Translations under genes and position numbers: made by a program
Source: Rhizophagus irregularis
Lineage: Eukaryota
Length of the DNA stretch: 64,000 nucleotides
Direction: 5' to 3'
NCBI RefSeq assembly: GCF_026210795.1
Contig: NC_089430.1
Coordinates: forward strand, 2,108,001-2,172,000
Part shown: positions 13,471-27,688 of the stretch, in pieces
Layout: the number at the start of each line of letters is the position of its first letter
Numbering within the stretch: the stretch's first letter is position 1
Notes under the pieces: generated by a model
What the model was told of the DNA's origin: nothing
What the model saw: the letters and a program-made list of their open reading frames with translations, nothing else
Database searches by the model: none

Positions 13471-14780
13471 AAAATTAATATTCAAGTAGAATCAACCCGC
13501 CTGAACAACTTTCAATTAATAAATGAAGTTGATTTCATTTGTCCAAAGTAGATATATTACGCTCTAAATTAAAAAAACAGAAAAGAGAGTTAATATCATT
13601 AAGAAAAATGCAATTTTCTTTAAGCACTACACCTACATTCATGAAAATTAATATTCAAGTGGTTTCAACCCACCTGAACAATTTTTAATTAATAAATGAA
13701 GTTGATTTTATTTGTCCAAAGTAAAGATATTACGCTCTAAATTAAAAAAAAAACAGAAAAGAGAGTTAATATCATTAAGAAAATGCAATTTTCTCTAAGT
13801 ACTACACCTACATTCATGAAAATTAATATTCAAGTAGAATCAACCCACCTGAACAACATTCAATTAATAAATAAAGTTGATTTCATTTGTCCAAAGTGGA
13901 TATATTACGCTCTAAATTAAAAAAACAGAAAAGATAGAGAGTTAATATCATCAAGAAAAATGCAATCTTCTCTAAGCACTACACCTATATTCATGAAAAT
14001 TAATATTCAAGTAGAATCAACCCACCTGAACAACTTTCAATTAATAAATGAAGTTGATTTTATTTGTCCAAAGTGGAGATATTACGCTCTAAATTAAAAA
14101 AAAAACAGAAAAGAGAGTTAATATCATCAAGAAAAATGCAATCTTCTCTAAGCACTACACCTATGTTCGTGAAAATTAATATTCAAGCAGAATCAACCCA
14201 CCTGAACAACTTTCAATTAATAAATGAAGTTGATTTCATTTGTCCAAAGTGGAGATATTACGCTCTAATTAAAAAAAAACAGAAAAGAGAGTTAATATCA
14301 TCAAGAAAAATGCAATCTTCTCTAAGCACTACACCTATATTCATGAAAATTAATATTCAAGAAGAATCAACCCACCTGAAAAACTTTCAATTAATAAATG
14401 AAGTTGATTTCATTTGTCCAAAGTGGAGATATTATGCTCTAAATTAAAAAAAACAGAAAAGAGAGTTAATATCATCAAGAAAAATGCAATCTTCTCTAAG
14501 CACTACACCTATATTCATGAAAATTAATATTCAAGTAGAATCAACCTGCCTGAACAACATTCAATTAATAAATGAAGTTGATTTCATTTGTCCAAAGTGG
14601 AGATATTACGCTCTAAATTAAAAAAAAACAGAAAAGAGAGTTAATATCATCAAGAAAAATGCAATCTTCCCTAAGCACTACATCTACATTCATGAAAATT
14701 AATATTCAAGTGCTTTTAACCCGCCTGAACAACTTTCAATTAATAAATAAAGTTGATTTCATTTGTCCAAAGTGGAGATT
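13471..14780. repeat. Tandem array, unit about 175 bp, about 7.5 copies
   Basis: Unit aaaattaatattcaagtagaatcaacccacctgaac...ccaaagtggagatattacgctc...cactacacctatattcatg recurs near 13471, 13643, 13819, 13996, 14172, 14346, 14520, 14695. Confidence 0.95.
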
Positions 14781-16320
14781 ATAGTGTGTTTGGAAAAAGA
14801 AGTTTAATTTAAAAAAATTTTATATAAAAAAAAATGTAATATAAAAATTAAGAACTGAGTTGACAAAAATTTGAAATAACATGAATTTTAAATTAATTCT
14901 TTCATTAATTATAAATTCAAGTAGTTTAAAAATAAAAATAGTAAAAAAAAATATTTTTTATGAAATATCACAGTATTTTTTAAAAGAAATACACTTATAA
15001 TTTTAATTTGTAATTATGTAATATCCAAATATTTAATCTTACAAATAGAAAAAAATGTAAAAAAAATTTTATGATGTTTTTATAAAAAAAGAAAAAATTT
15101 TAAATTTTTGAAAAAAAATTTCGTCTAACACTTTTTTAATTGATTATCACAAGATCTGCATGATCATCTATACGTTTTTAATTTTTTTAACTTATTTATT
15201 TCTTAAATAAGGGGGACTTCGTCCCCCAAGCATATCATTTGTTCATATATGCCAATTTTTGGAATTAGCACTTTTTGATTCTAAAAAACAAACTTTACCT
15301 AATTACTGGTTGCACAAAATAATAATCTATGAATAAAATTGTTAATCATATTTTTTTTAATACACCATTATTAAAATTTAAATAATCATTATAAAATTCT
15401 TGGAACAAAATTGCAAATAACTTGATGTCTATGTAAGATAAATGGATGAATTTATATTCATCCAAAAGAGAAAAATTAAGACCTATCTAATGAATCCAAA
15501 AACAAATGAATTGATTCACTGGTTGCTGAGCAAATGCATTCAATATATTTTTTTTTAATTTTTATCTTTGATTGTTGATATCACCATGCCTAGTAATGCT
15601 AAAATAAAGTACATTCTTACCTTTCAAATGAGTTTAAAATTATTTGATTAGCATATGTGAATGCCAAGATATTAATGAACTTGTTAATTGCATAAACTGA
15701 TTATTTCTTATCAAAAAAAAAATTTTAGAATCTTATTAACTTAAAAAAAATAAAAAATCTTATATTAAAGCTTATATTTTTAATATTTTATATAAAAAAA
15801 AGTAGGGAACTGAAGTTAAAATAAATAAAAAAAATAATTTTTTCTTATGAATAATAATTTTTTTTTTTACTTACTGTTTAAAATAACCACTTTATATATT
15901 TATTAATTTTTTTTAACAAAAAAGTGATTGAAAAGTGATTGAAAAAAAGAATTGGTTATTATCTTTGTTTTTGAATATAATAAAAAAAATTTTTTTATTT
16001 TCTGATAAATTTGGATTATCTGAACATATAACACATATTTAATTTAGGTTTATAAAAGTTAAATGGATAAAATTTTATGAAAAATTTAATTTTGGATTAA
16101 CTTTACTAACTGAAAGTTTCTTGAAGTTAAATCAGATGACCTTTGATTAAATATGTATTAAATTTTTTGTGAAGTTTAAAAATTGATAAGTATTGAATAA
16201 AAAGTAAAATAATTCTACAAAAAATAATATAGCATTGAACAATACAATGAGCAATTCTTGAGTGAATAATGTTCAGTAAATGTCAATAATCAGTACATAA
16301 TATTATTTTGCGTATTGTTT

Positions 16321-16551
16321 AAAGCTCCTGGCCAAATGGTTCCAATTTTTATTTTTTTTGATAATGTGTCAAAATAACTCGCCATCTATCGATGCTAAAA
16401 TGATGATTTTGGCATCATTTGAAAGCTCTCAATAAGAGGATTCCAATGAGCTCTTAATCGTCTTTCTATGATCACTGGATGGTGAGTTATTACGTGAAAA
16501 CAATTCTGACCAATTAAAAAAGAATTGAAAATTGGAACTGTTCGGAGCTTT
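16321..16551. mobile_element. MITE with imperfect TIRs (possibly Kolobok-like)
   Basis: aaagctcc...gttccaatttt versus aaaattggaac...ggagcttt. TTAA overlaps the left end only. Confidence 0.45.
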
Positions 16552-18217
16552 TTTATTATTCAATGTTTTGATCATTGAAATGATCAATGCACTAGTATTA
16601 TTGGTTTAATTATCAATATATACAGATCACGATACAAAGTTGTTAGCAATCAGATGATCTAAATTTCATAGTGTTATTTATTGTGATTGGCCGTTGTAAT
16701 AATAAGTTGTATTCCAAAAAAGGAAGGAAGTAGGTCCTAGGCTCAATTGCCGATCGTATCTTCCTGATAATTTCATTAACCGTATCAGGTATATCACGCG
16801 TTTCACGTTACACAATTCAATTTATTTATTTATGCAGGAAGGTTATTTTTCTTAGTTATTTAGTTTCACGTAAAAAAATAAACAAATTATATGTGTTTTA
16901 TAAATTTATAAAATTTTATATGAGGACATTATGTAGACTTTATAAGAAATACAATGCCAGGTTTGTGTCTTATCGGGATTCTATCGTCAGGTTCCCTTTT
17001 TCATTTTAGTAAATATAGTACATTTAATGATATTGATTTCGTAATTCATTTCAATAACTTGAATTATTAGTGCTATCATGTATGATTGACACTAGCATGT
17101 CCATTGTAATGCCGGAATTTACCTAGTATAGGGCGCAGTATTATATTTAGTTTAGATACTTAGAAAATTTTGATTTTATTTATTTGTTGCGGTCCGCGAT
17201 GACCTTAAACTATGATGAACGTCCATGCACTTATTTTTATTTAGTTTTATTTGTTTGAGTAAAGGGGTATGTATATCACTGTTAAGATGACAATAGTAAA
17301 AAGATCGACAAAGGAAAGTGATTGTGACAAAGGAATTGTAGATCAGATAATACAATGAACTTCGGAATTGAATGATGCCGGACATCAAGAATTTTTGAAT
17401 TAATAATAAGAAGTTGATTTTGATAATTATGAAATTTAGGAGAATTACAAGTGATCAATAAGAATTTATAAAGGGAAATCGATAATGAAGTATTAAAATT
17501 AATTTTAATTTGGAATATCTAAATCGAGTAATACAGGATACGGAACTACGTGGGAACTTAAAAAGTATAAAAAGTGAATATTTTGGAATTAAAAGAGGCT
17601 TAGTATTTTATTAGAATATGGAGAAATAATCGATAAATATTAATAAGTGGTAAAATTAGTAATATTTTAATGTTTATGTCACTTTGATATTATGTTGTTA
17701 ATGAATTTATGTGAAATGATATACGAGAATTATGGATACTTAGGGGGAATTATCGCAGTTCGAAAGTTATATTTAGGATTTTGGAAATGTTATTAATGAA
17801 TTTATGAAAGGTGCTATACGGGAAATTATGTTACTTAAGGGAAACTATCGAAGTTCGGAATTGTAAATTATGAATAATGTGAATTTAGTAATGATAAAGG
17901 AATTTGGGATTAAGGAATATTAATTTTATTAGTTTATTTTAGGTTTATCTTATATTTTATTTAGCACCAGGCATGAACTCGGGATAATTTTGATTATTTT
18001 GTATATTTTGTTATTATGAATAAAGTTAACAATGTTCAATGACGTGGTGGCAAACGTGCGTAAGCATGGGCGTGTAATTACACCATATAAATTTATTTTA
18101 TTTGAATTCTGATAGTTATTAACTTTCCTTCCTTTGCTAACCGAAAATGAAGAATAAATACTAATAAAAATAAACAGTATTACTAAATGATGTAAGTTGA
18201 AATGATTCATCTGATTA

Positions 18218-18943
18218 CGGCACACTTTGCCGAAAGCCATTTCGCCGAAAATGATAGACATGATAGCGATTATTATTTTATAAAAATATTAATTGCGCAA
18301 TGGAAATAAAAATTTTTTATTATTCATTTATCAAATTACATCAGGAATCTTAATAAATATTCCGAATATACAAATGACAAATGTATAAAATAAAACTTAG
18401 ACGTGAAAATCCTAAAGTTCCTCTTATAGAACATACTGAAAACCATCACACCGTTAAATATATATTAAATGGATGATACACAAGCGTATATAACATTTCA
18501 TTTTTTAGTTTCTATTTATATTCTTTTGCCACGTCACCTATTTTTAAAAATTAAATAAATGTTCAAACAAAAAATTCTTTTTATTTTTGAGTGTCTTTTC
18601 TTCTATGATAATATCACTTTAATATTCAAGTAACTGATATTAATTGTTACGTAATAAATAAATAACTTTATTTTACTGAACACGTTTAAATATTCACGAA
18701 TAGCAATTATATTTGTGTTATAGTCTTCTAATAACATATAATACTTGTATGCACAAAATATTTATATAATATGTATTTATATATATAGTTTTTTTTAAAA
18801 AAAAACAAAACTTTCTTCAATTAATTAAAAAATCAAAAACTTCAAAATCATATAGGCTAATGTTCAAATCTATTTCTGATCATGAAATTTACCAATATAA
18901 GACTTCTTTCTATTCGGTGAAACGGCTTTCGGCGAAATGTCCG
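18218..18943. mobile_element. MITE with about 33-bp TIRs (Mutator/MULE-like)
   Basis: cggcacactttgccgaaagccatttcgccgaa versus ttcggtgaaacggctttcggcgaaatgtccg. Confidence 0.6.
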
Positions 18944-19665
18944 GATGAAATGGAAATGAGAATTTAGTATTATTTACTATAGAATCATTTTGGAAAATGA
19001 TGTTAGTTGATTTATCATTAACCTATTACGTTATATTTTTTTTAAAGTAAATATGATAAACACGCTTTAATTACATGCTTTTCATATGTATAATGGATGA
19101 TGTCTGCTGACCCTAACGCTGTCCGCTTGGTCACGTGTTCGTGCATAACTCCGCATAACTTTGCCAAACCTGACTGGAAAATGTCCTGTCGGGAAGAGAA
19201 ATCGTGCCGCATCCGATCACTTTCTTTCAGACTTAGAATTATTTCCTTTTTAAATTCAAGTGCAATGAATATTAAATTAAAAATAATATAATTTTGACGA
19301 GAGTTCTTTTTGTTTCATATAATGAAAGGTAAAATCATTTCTGATCAGTAGATCAGTCCATAATAAACCCATTTTGGTATAATTAGTTATTAAGGGGTAA
19401 AATTTCAAAAAGTGTTGAATATAGGTTTGAGTTTTAGCATTATTTACTCATATCCATTCGTAATATTCGTAATATTTCAGTTCTATCCAAACAGGGATCT
19501 CTAAACATGTTATTAAATTATACAAATAATGGATGCCTAATATGAATATGATAATCTTTTTCTTATACTCTCAATTCTAAAATGTATAAATAAACTAACA
19601 GAATCACAACTTCCCATGATAGTTATTTTTTTTTCTAATTTCATTATACAAACAACTCATTAATC

Positions 19666-20310
19666 ATGAAACTTATAGTTTTTATTATTGTATTATTTCT
19701 TATGTTCTTCAAAACTTTTGCTTTTGTAACTTACGGCGATTGTGATAGTAAGCTATCTAAAAAAAAACTTTTCTTTATTTATTCAAGATAGCTAATTTAA
19801 TAATTAATTCTTTTTTTTTATACTTACGCTATTCTATTATAATAAAAAGATGATGGAAGTATTGTATCAGAAATTATATTTCCGGCTGCAGGGGTGGTCC
19901 GATTACAATTAGTTCAGCCAGATAAAAGAGATGATCCTAATCTTTACCCATGTTGTTTGCAACAGGGCGTAATGTTACTTGAAAATTATATGATTTATAA
20001 AGATGATGGCTCAAAAGATCCACTTTTTACTTTTGTGGGAGATCGTACATGGGTAAATGGGTACGATGGGAGTAATATCTTACAAAAAGATGATGATTGT
20101 GATAGGAGTAGTTTTAAATGTGATCAACTTTATGAAGGAGACTACGCATATACACGATTTGACAATTTTGATGCTTCAAAATTAACTCCGGGAGATGCAA
20201 TTATAGTGTCAATGACTACATATTCTCATTGTTATTATGCCTCTGAAACAATTTGCGTAGGCTCTTGCAAGCCTTTATTCCATATGCATTATTGGCCACT
20301 ACCCAATTAA
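19666..20310 (+). CDS. Small secreted Cys-rich protein (180 aa), effector candidate
   Basis: Exon 1 19666-19747 encodes MKLIVFIIVLFLMFFKTFAFVTYGDCD (signal-peptide-like). Intron gtaagc...aaaag 19748-19849. Exon 2 19850-20310 is in frame with the listed ORF. 8 Cys. Confidence 0.85.
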
Positions 20311-20659
20311 TCTTTATAAAATTAGGTGTATGATTAATTAATTTAATTTTCGTGTTAAAAGGTTTGATTACAATGTATTATCATCATTTTTGATATCCTG
20401 ATTCTTTTTTATCGCAACGAAATATGAAAATTATTATAAAAACATATATATATATATATATATCAATAAATTATAGGCTTTTTATTCATCCAATTAAAAT
20501 TTCATACATAAGCATTGTAAAAATCTACAAATCTAAAATATTTAAGGTCGGATAAGTGATACCAACTTAATTGATGAGTTTTAACATAATTATAATTAAG
20601 GCAAAAAACCAACTTTCTTGAAATCCCATGTAAGAAACGCAGTTTTGGAATATTCGAGG

Positions 20660-20919
20660 TATACATGTTGCCGAAACTCAGCAATTACGGCATAATTTCA
20701 GGTTTCAGTTTCGTCCAGTCATTCCCGAAAGTCGAAATTCAGGCCGAAATTGTCTGGCCAGCACTATACATTTTGGCCTACATTATAAATTTTGTGTAGC
20801 CTATTCTATGTCACGTGATTTACAACTCTGGCAAATTTGCCCAGAATTACCAAATAATTTCGGCCATGTTTAAATTTCGGCTTCGGCCATATTTTCGGAA
20901 AATTTCGGCAACATGTATG
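20660..20919. mobile_element. 260-bp MITE with 8-bp TSD (hAT or P superfamily)
   Basis: TIR atacatgttgccgaaa / tttcggcaacatgtat. Direct repeat ATTCGAGG at 20652-20659 and 20920-20927. Confidence 0.85.
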
Positions 20920-22235
20920 ATTCGAGGCGATGCTCCGATTGTTACACGAATTACAAATTTAATCAGTTTTTTGCAAATAAACCTAAGTAAATAATAAATA
21001 ATTACGGCATGTAAAATAATATTTTGAAGATATTTAACATGGCTTTAGACACTTTCACTTACGTGAATAAAAAATAGAGCCGTGTGAAGCTTACATTATG
21101 TAGCCAATACAGTAATAATGGAAATGAATTATTTGTCATTTTTATTCAGTAACCTTTACACTCTTAGGTAACGTTTGGTATTCCACGGCTCTTATCCAAG
21201 GAGTCTTCGAAAGATTCAAAGTTATTGGTAATTTAGTCGAATTGCCTAGGTTACTTTTTTGTGAAATCTTATCTTACAAAGCACCCTGCGGTAGTTACTA
21301 TGGCACTTTGGTAACACATACGGGTTAATCGGGGTTATGTCAATTTATGACAATACCAAATTATCGTTTGATAAATCACAGATAAAGCATGTGATATTTA
21401 TCCAATATTTATACATTACACGAGACTTGTCGAGCGAAGAAATTTTGCGCCTTGAAGGCTCCTTCCAAAGCGAATTTTTTGAAAAAATAAAATAATAATA
21501 ATAATAATAATAATAAAATTAATTAATTCGATTGGTTTTGATACGAAATCTCGAAAATCATTTGAACGATATAATGACTTGTCGGGAGTTGAGATTTTGG
21601 ATTGTCGAGATTTTGTTGTCAATCTTGTGTTAGTCGTGCAAGTGGCTGTCAAGATTTTGATCAGATATCAATTCGATTAATATTAAATCCAATTTGTAGT
21701 AATATTATATCTTTAAATTTAACTCAAATACTCAATATAGAAAGCTTTTAATTAAGTATAATTCCACTTGATTTAAATAAATAAAATAATAAGGATGTTA
21801 AAAATATACAAAATTTTTTCTTGAAATTTCATGTACGTTCATAATATTACCAATAATATTTTCAAATGTTTCAAATGATTTCATCTTGTCATTAAAGGTC
21901 CGAATTTTTCAACATAACTGACGATCAACAATAATTTTTTGATTCATGGTTTTATGTGACATAGATGTTCGATCGATCGTTCCGACCAGTAGATTTTTTA
22001 GGTAATAGCTTAGAGAATTTTATATAATTTTTTATCAAACTAATAAACGAGGAACTGGTCAATTATGTTTATCGCAACTACTGTATTACACTATCACATA
22101 CACATATCACAAATCATATAACACAAATTAATCTATTATTTGCTATTTTTTATATAATCACTTTATTATAATTTCATTGATAATCAATCTTGTTCCCCTA
22201 AGAAAATTAATAATTACTTATTAATACTTTCATAG

Positions 22236-24610
22236 CTAATGGTGAGATTTTTTGGATTTTTTATTCAATTTATAATTCCAAGCATTATACCAAAGATGTT
22301 GGTTTGGTACCATTGGAATATCTCCTTTAACTTTCAATGTATTGATCCAATTTTTAAGTGGTGTCTCACCATTATGTTTTAAAGTTGGTTTCAAATAATC
22401 CAATACATATTTAAATAATAAATCACCAGTAAGATCAGGGATTTCAAGTAAACTAGCAACATAATCAGCTGATTTAGCTTCAACACATCTTGATTTCCAA
22501 ACATCTTGTCCTACTCCCCAACTACTACCACTACTTGCGTCAATTGCAAGTACAAATGTATTCTTAGAGGTAAGATTTAAAAATTTTGAACAGTAACTTT
22601 CATAATAAGGATGAATGTTCAATGGATCTATAAATGAAAAATTAGACAAATTTCTGAAATAAAAATTGAAATGTGGTTTATGATTAGCATCAATTTATTG
22701 TAAAAATAATATAATTATTCTTGATAAATAGAAAGCATACCTTTTTTTATTATTTTCATCAACACTTAAATTAAATAATTGTTTAAATACTAAGTAAGTA
22801 TAAATAAATAAAATACATAAAATAAAAAAATAATTTATTAATAAATTCTACCTTAAGATTTCCATGTCATTAGTAGGTAAGATTACAACAGATGCTGTCC
22901 AATCAGCAGATGGAGTGCAAACTTCCTCAGTGATAGATATACACACAGTTGTAATAATAGCTGTTACTGATATGTCATCATTTACAGGAGAAGTAATCTT
23001 AATTCCAGTTCTTTCAATTTCAACTTCAGAACCACGATTATCAATCTCAAATTCATCAAATGAAGAAATTGTTTTGGTATATGGACGAATAGACTCAAAA
23101 ATAGCTTGAGTTTCTGGATCAAGTAATATTATATCTGGCTTTTTTTGTTTTATAGGAAATTTCTCAATTATATTATTAGCAATTGATAATAAATCTTTAT
23201 CAAGGTTTGAAAGTCGAGGATAATTATCAATTGCAAATTTACGATACCAGCCTTTAGTTAATGTAGTACAGATCCTAACAAGTGCCGATTTATAAGAATT
23301 TTCTTGATTATTGGAGATCATTGGAATAAGATATCTTTCAAGTGCAATAGCCATTGCTTCTTCTTTAACACAATTAATTTTTGTTTGATAGTCAAGTTTT
23401 TCAAAAAGTGATTTTTTTATCCACGCTTTAGACTATATTTTAATTATTTAATTAAGCAATTAGTTTTTGAATAAAATTTTAATTAAAACACAATAATCTT
23501 TATTAAGTTCCTTAAACTTTATACCTGGTCATCCTTTAAGCCTTGGTAAATCGGATGATCGCCATATTTAACGAGTTCATGTAAATCATCATGAGGAACA
23601 CGTGTTTGTACAAAAAGATTATCTTCATTTTCTAAGAAATCTTCATTGGACATATTTAAATTGATATGTGCACCTGGATTACCTCGTATAATTTCAGTTT
23701 CTTTAATACGAGTTTTCAACATAAGTTCAATTAATTCATCACGTTGTGGACTACATAGTGGTTGAATTGGTGAAACTTTATTATAATCTAATAAAATTCT
23801 CAACCAATGTAAATCTGAGATATTTTTATAAAAATCTTCTGGCCAATAAATATGAGATGTTTTCAAAGCTTCAAGGATTTTCAATGGAGCAACAATACAT
23901 AAATAATTTGACAATAATGGAAGTATTGTTTTATCTTCAATATTACGACATAATTCTAAAATCATTAGAGCACTTATTTTTGGTTTAGGATCATCAAACA
24001 TTTCAAATTCAATTTTATTGATTTCATCATCATCTTGTGTATTGCCCTTATTATCATCATCCTTATTATTTTCAGAATTTTCAGAATCATCATCATTATT
24101 ATTTTCAGAATTCTCAGAATCATCATCAAAATTATATCTCTTAAAATAACGTCTGTAACGTCTGTAATATTGATCATCATCCTTATCACTTTCATCTTCA
24201 TCATCACTCTCTTCTTTATTCAAACTCATAATTAATTTCATGTTCCTGAGATCCACTTTCTCAGAGACAAGTTCAATATCAAAACTAATAGATTTTTCAT
24301 CTGTAGATTGATCAATATACTCTCCAACAAGTTTTAGACCACCTCCTGGATAATGAATTAATTTTATTTTTCTAAAAGTTGCAATAGATTCTTCAACTTT
24401 ATTAATAAATAAAGTTGTTTGTGAAGGAGTTGCCACCAAATCCCAATCATTAGGTTCACGGAAAGAAGAATTATGCCATTTTGTAGCACGTGACCCAATA
24501 AGAACAGGATAACCTATAAGAGGAGTGTTATCTTCATTCTTGGCAATATTATTTAAAATAGTTAATATTTTTTTACAATTATCAGCAAGGATTATTTGAG
24601 GGTTACTCAT
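22236..24610 (-). CDS. Uncharacterised protein with Pol-beta-like nucleotidyltransferase motif, copy B (about 702 aa, intact)
   Basis: Exons 24610-23525, 23432-22852, 22764-22741 (24 nt), 22653-22236 join in frame. Motifs LIGSRA, EPNDWDL, FDIE, LKTSHIYW, HDDLHELV, IALERYLIP, ICTTLTKGW. Confidence 0.85.
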
Positions 24611-27600
24611 TGTTTTTTTTTTTTTGAAGAAAAAGTAAATTTTGAGAAAAAGTAAAATTTGTAGTGATTTAAAATAAAGGAAAAACTGAAGTTGTTAGAC
24701 CTTGAAAAAAAAAATAAGATTATGAAATATATAAAAAAATTTAGATTGATAATCGATGACTTGTAATATGCAATTAATTTGATTTTAATCTCTCATAATA
24801 GTCATATTGATAAGATTTTAATCATGCCATATTTGGATGCAATCAGTCTAAATTGTACAAGTGAAACATAACTAATTCAGTCATACTTGAGATAATTTTT
24901 GTCATGGTATTAGATTCTAACCAAAAATGTAGAAGTTTATAATAATAAAATTTTGATTTGAAACAAGTTATCAGTACTTTATTTTTTTTTTCATAGTATT
25001 TTATTGAACATATTTATATATTATATGGTAGAAAAAAATTAAAATTACTCCATAATGATTAAATAATTGTATGAAAAATGAGATTAGCATAAATATGTCG
25101 TAATATTTCTTTAAGCAGGAAAGAGAATAATACATGAAGATAATATTGAAGATCCCAATTGATGCAATTGATGGATGTTCTCACTTGCTTTAAAATTTTT
25201 TCTTGTTAATTGTTAATTTATATTCTATTTAATTGAGACAATCAGTACGATGTTTACATTGTCGATAATTAAGGGGCAAGAAAACTAAAATTTAGTCACA
25301 TCTAGTGTCTTTAAAAGTATTATAGTCACGATTCACGAAATAGGTAATTAAGCAATAATAAGTAAAGTTTATTGGATTTTGGAAATCAAGACAATTGTTC
25401 GCAACTATAATTTTATATATACAATAAAAAATGATTTCGTACAGTAATTTTATAATATACACTTTTTATATGAAAATTTATATGATAAAAAAATATACCT
25501 AATATATTAAAGAATTTTTTTTTATTTTGCAATCTCATTTATTCTTTATTTTATTTATCTCAGTTACTTATCATATAACTTCTTCCCTTACCTTAATCTC
25601 TTTCCTTCCCCTAATTAAAGTAGTTAATCCCTGAATCCTGATTATTTCCCAACATTTTCCCTTACATTAATTCCTAACCCTTACCCAGTTCTTTTCCTGG
25701 TTTATACTTCCTTATGTTCATTGTCTAATAACTTCCCTATACCTTACACTAATCCTCTTCCCTTACCCCTATTCTTATACTTTACCCTAATCTCTTACCT
25801 TGTGGTTATGGTATAATGGTGCGATGACTGCGACGTGTGATATGGTGGTTGTGGAGCAGTGGTGAATGTGGTATAATTTTACGTGCGAGTTAGAAAATAG
25901 GCTCTTACTTTTAGTAAGCTCGTTGTTATATTAGACGTTCACGTTAATATAGGATACGAGATTGAAAAGTTTTTATGGTTCTACAAAAAGCTTAACTTAA
26001 AAAAAAAAATTGTAACTTTAAATAAATTTAAGTAAATCAAAATTATAAATGAAGTTAAAGTATGGGATGTTAAGATTTTATAATGGTTTGGGATAAGGAC
26101 GCCAGGTACCAGCATGCTGCGATAGGAGCCATGGGATGGTACGCTACGGCAAGATGCTATGAACAATTTTATGGGTAAACCATGGTTCACTTTTAAAAAA
26201 GCCCCTTACGGACCTTATGAAGGACCGTATCACTTTATAGTATGTATGATGTCAGATGTGAATTTTTCAGTACTTTGTCATTATATGTGTGATGAGACTT
26301 TTCAATTTCTTAGTATATTATTTCATCATTTGTTGCTATCATGTTAACACTAAAAATTAATTACTGTTATTTGTTCAGTCGATTAAGATATTTTTATGAG
26401 ACATCCAATATTGAAATCAGTATTAGTTGCACGTCACTGACCGAACTATAACTGATGAAGTTATCAGTCTTTGACCATTTAATACATACTATATCTTAAA
26501 TCAATAAAAAGTATAATTTGAAGTAATTAATACCCAATAAAAAATTTATTAATTCAAAATAAAAAAAAATATTATATAATTCGACATTTTTAAATCAAAC
26601 CAAATTTAAATTTTGTTTTGTTCGTTATTATAGTAAAATATAATCTATCCAATACTTGTTAAAAAAAGTCATTAAAAGATTTCCGATTTACGATAAAAAA
26701 TATCATAATTAATATTATTAATATAATTTTGACGTATTTGAACTTTTACAATATCTTGGAAGAATTTATTCTTTTTTATTATCCATTTCCTTTTCAACTG
26801 ATATGTAAAACGCAATCATATGAAAAAAGAGTAAGAGTTTCTCTTAATTACATGTAAAAAAAATTATTTTTAATCATTACGTTACAGTATAATAAAAAAT
26901 TACACTTACAAATGTTGTATTATAACAGTGTTAGTATAAAAAGTTTCATTTTCAAAAGAAAAATTGAGCGTATTTACAATTTTGCCGGTATACGTTATTA
27001 GTCAAATAATAGAAAGTTAAACTACCGTTTAATTTATAAATAAAAATACATTGTATTTGAATGAGAATTTTCAAGAATTAAGTTTTCAAAAAAAAAAAAA
27101 TAATAAAATTTTGTAGATTTAGGAAGCTTTATAAGAACAACTTGAACAATATTTGATTATATTTAATTGGTTTAATTTATTTTTATTATTTGCGAGTTTT
27201 TAAATCAATACAAAATTTAAATTTTCCTTTTAAGTATTAAAATTATTATCAGCAGAATTTTGGCATAGTATGTGGGTAGTGGAATAATTTTTTTGTGCGT
27301 TTTATTTCTTTATTGCAAAGACTTAGAATTAAATGTCAAATATTTTTAAACTTGCATATTCGAACTAGATAAATACATAAATATATAAAAATATAATCAT
27401 TGTGATATATCCAATTTTTCTTGTTAACATGCATGAAATTCTATTATTCACTTATCAGCATTACATTCTATCTCAAACCTTCGTTCATTATATCAACTTT
27501 ATGGAGGTTATAATCATATTAAAAGAACAACCTGATCTTGTTTCATAGTTGATTGCTAATTCAAGTTAATTAAGTTAATTGTAATCATATACTCCATACC

Positions 27601-27688
27601 ATCATTTGTGGGATCTTTGAGAATGGTAGTTCATGTATTAACATCGATATATTGAAATGCTTCTCTCACTTCTTCATTTGTATGAAGC

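Larger units (their letters stand above)
12890..16626 (-). mobile_element. Non-autonomous Helitron (3' end well supported, 5' end tentative) carrying a tandem array
   Basis: Minus strand ends gggggatgaagtccccggcaaatcgcatattCTAG|T (hairpin then CTAG) at 12890. A second hairpin copy gggggacttcgtccccc lies at 15211-15227. Candidate 5' end A|TCTGTATATATT at 16626. Confidence 0.5.

Noticed and set aside
14064..14447. 127-aa ORF in the tandem array
   Set aside because: By-product of the repeat. Its two halves read the unit in shifting frames, and poly-A length varies between units.
25560..25800. ccct/ttaccc-rich tract as telomeric repeat
   Set aside because: Irregular, with no tandem TTAGGG units.
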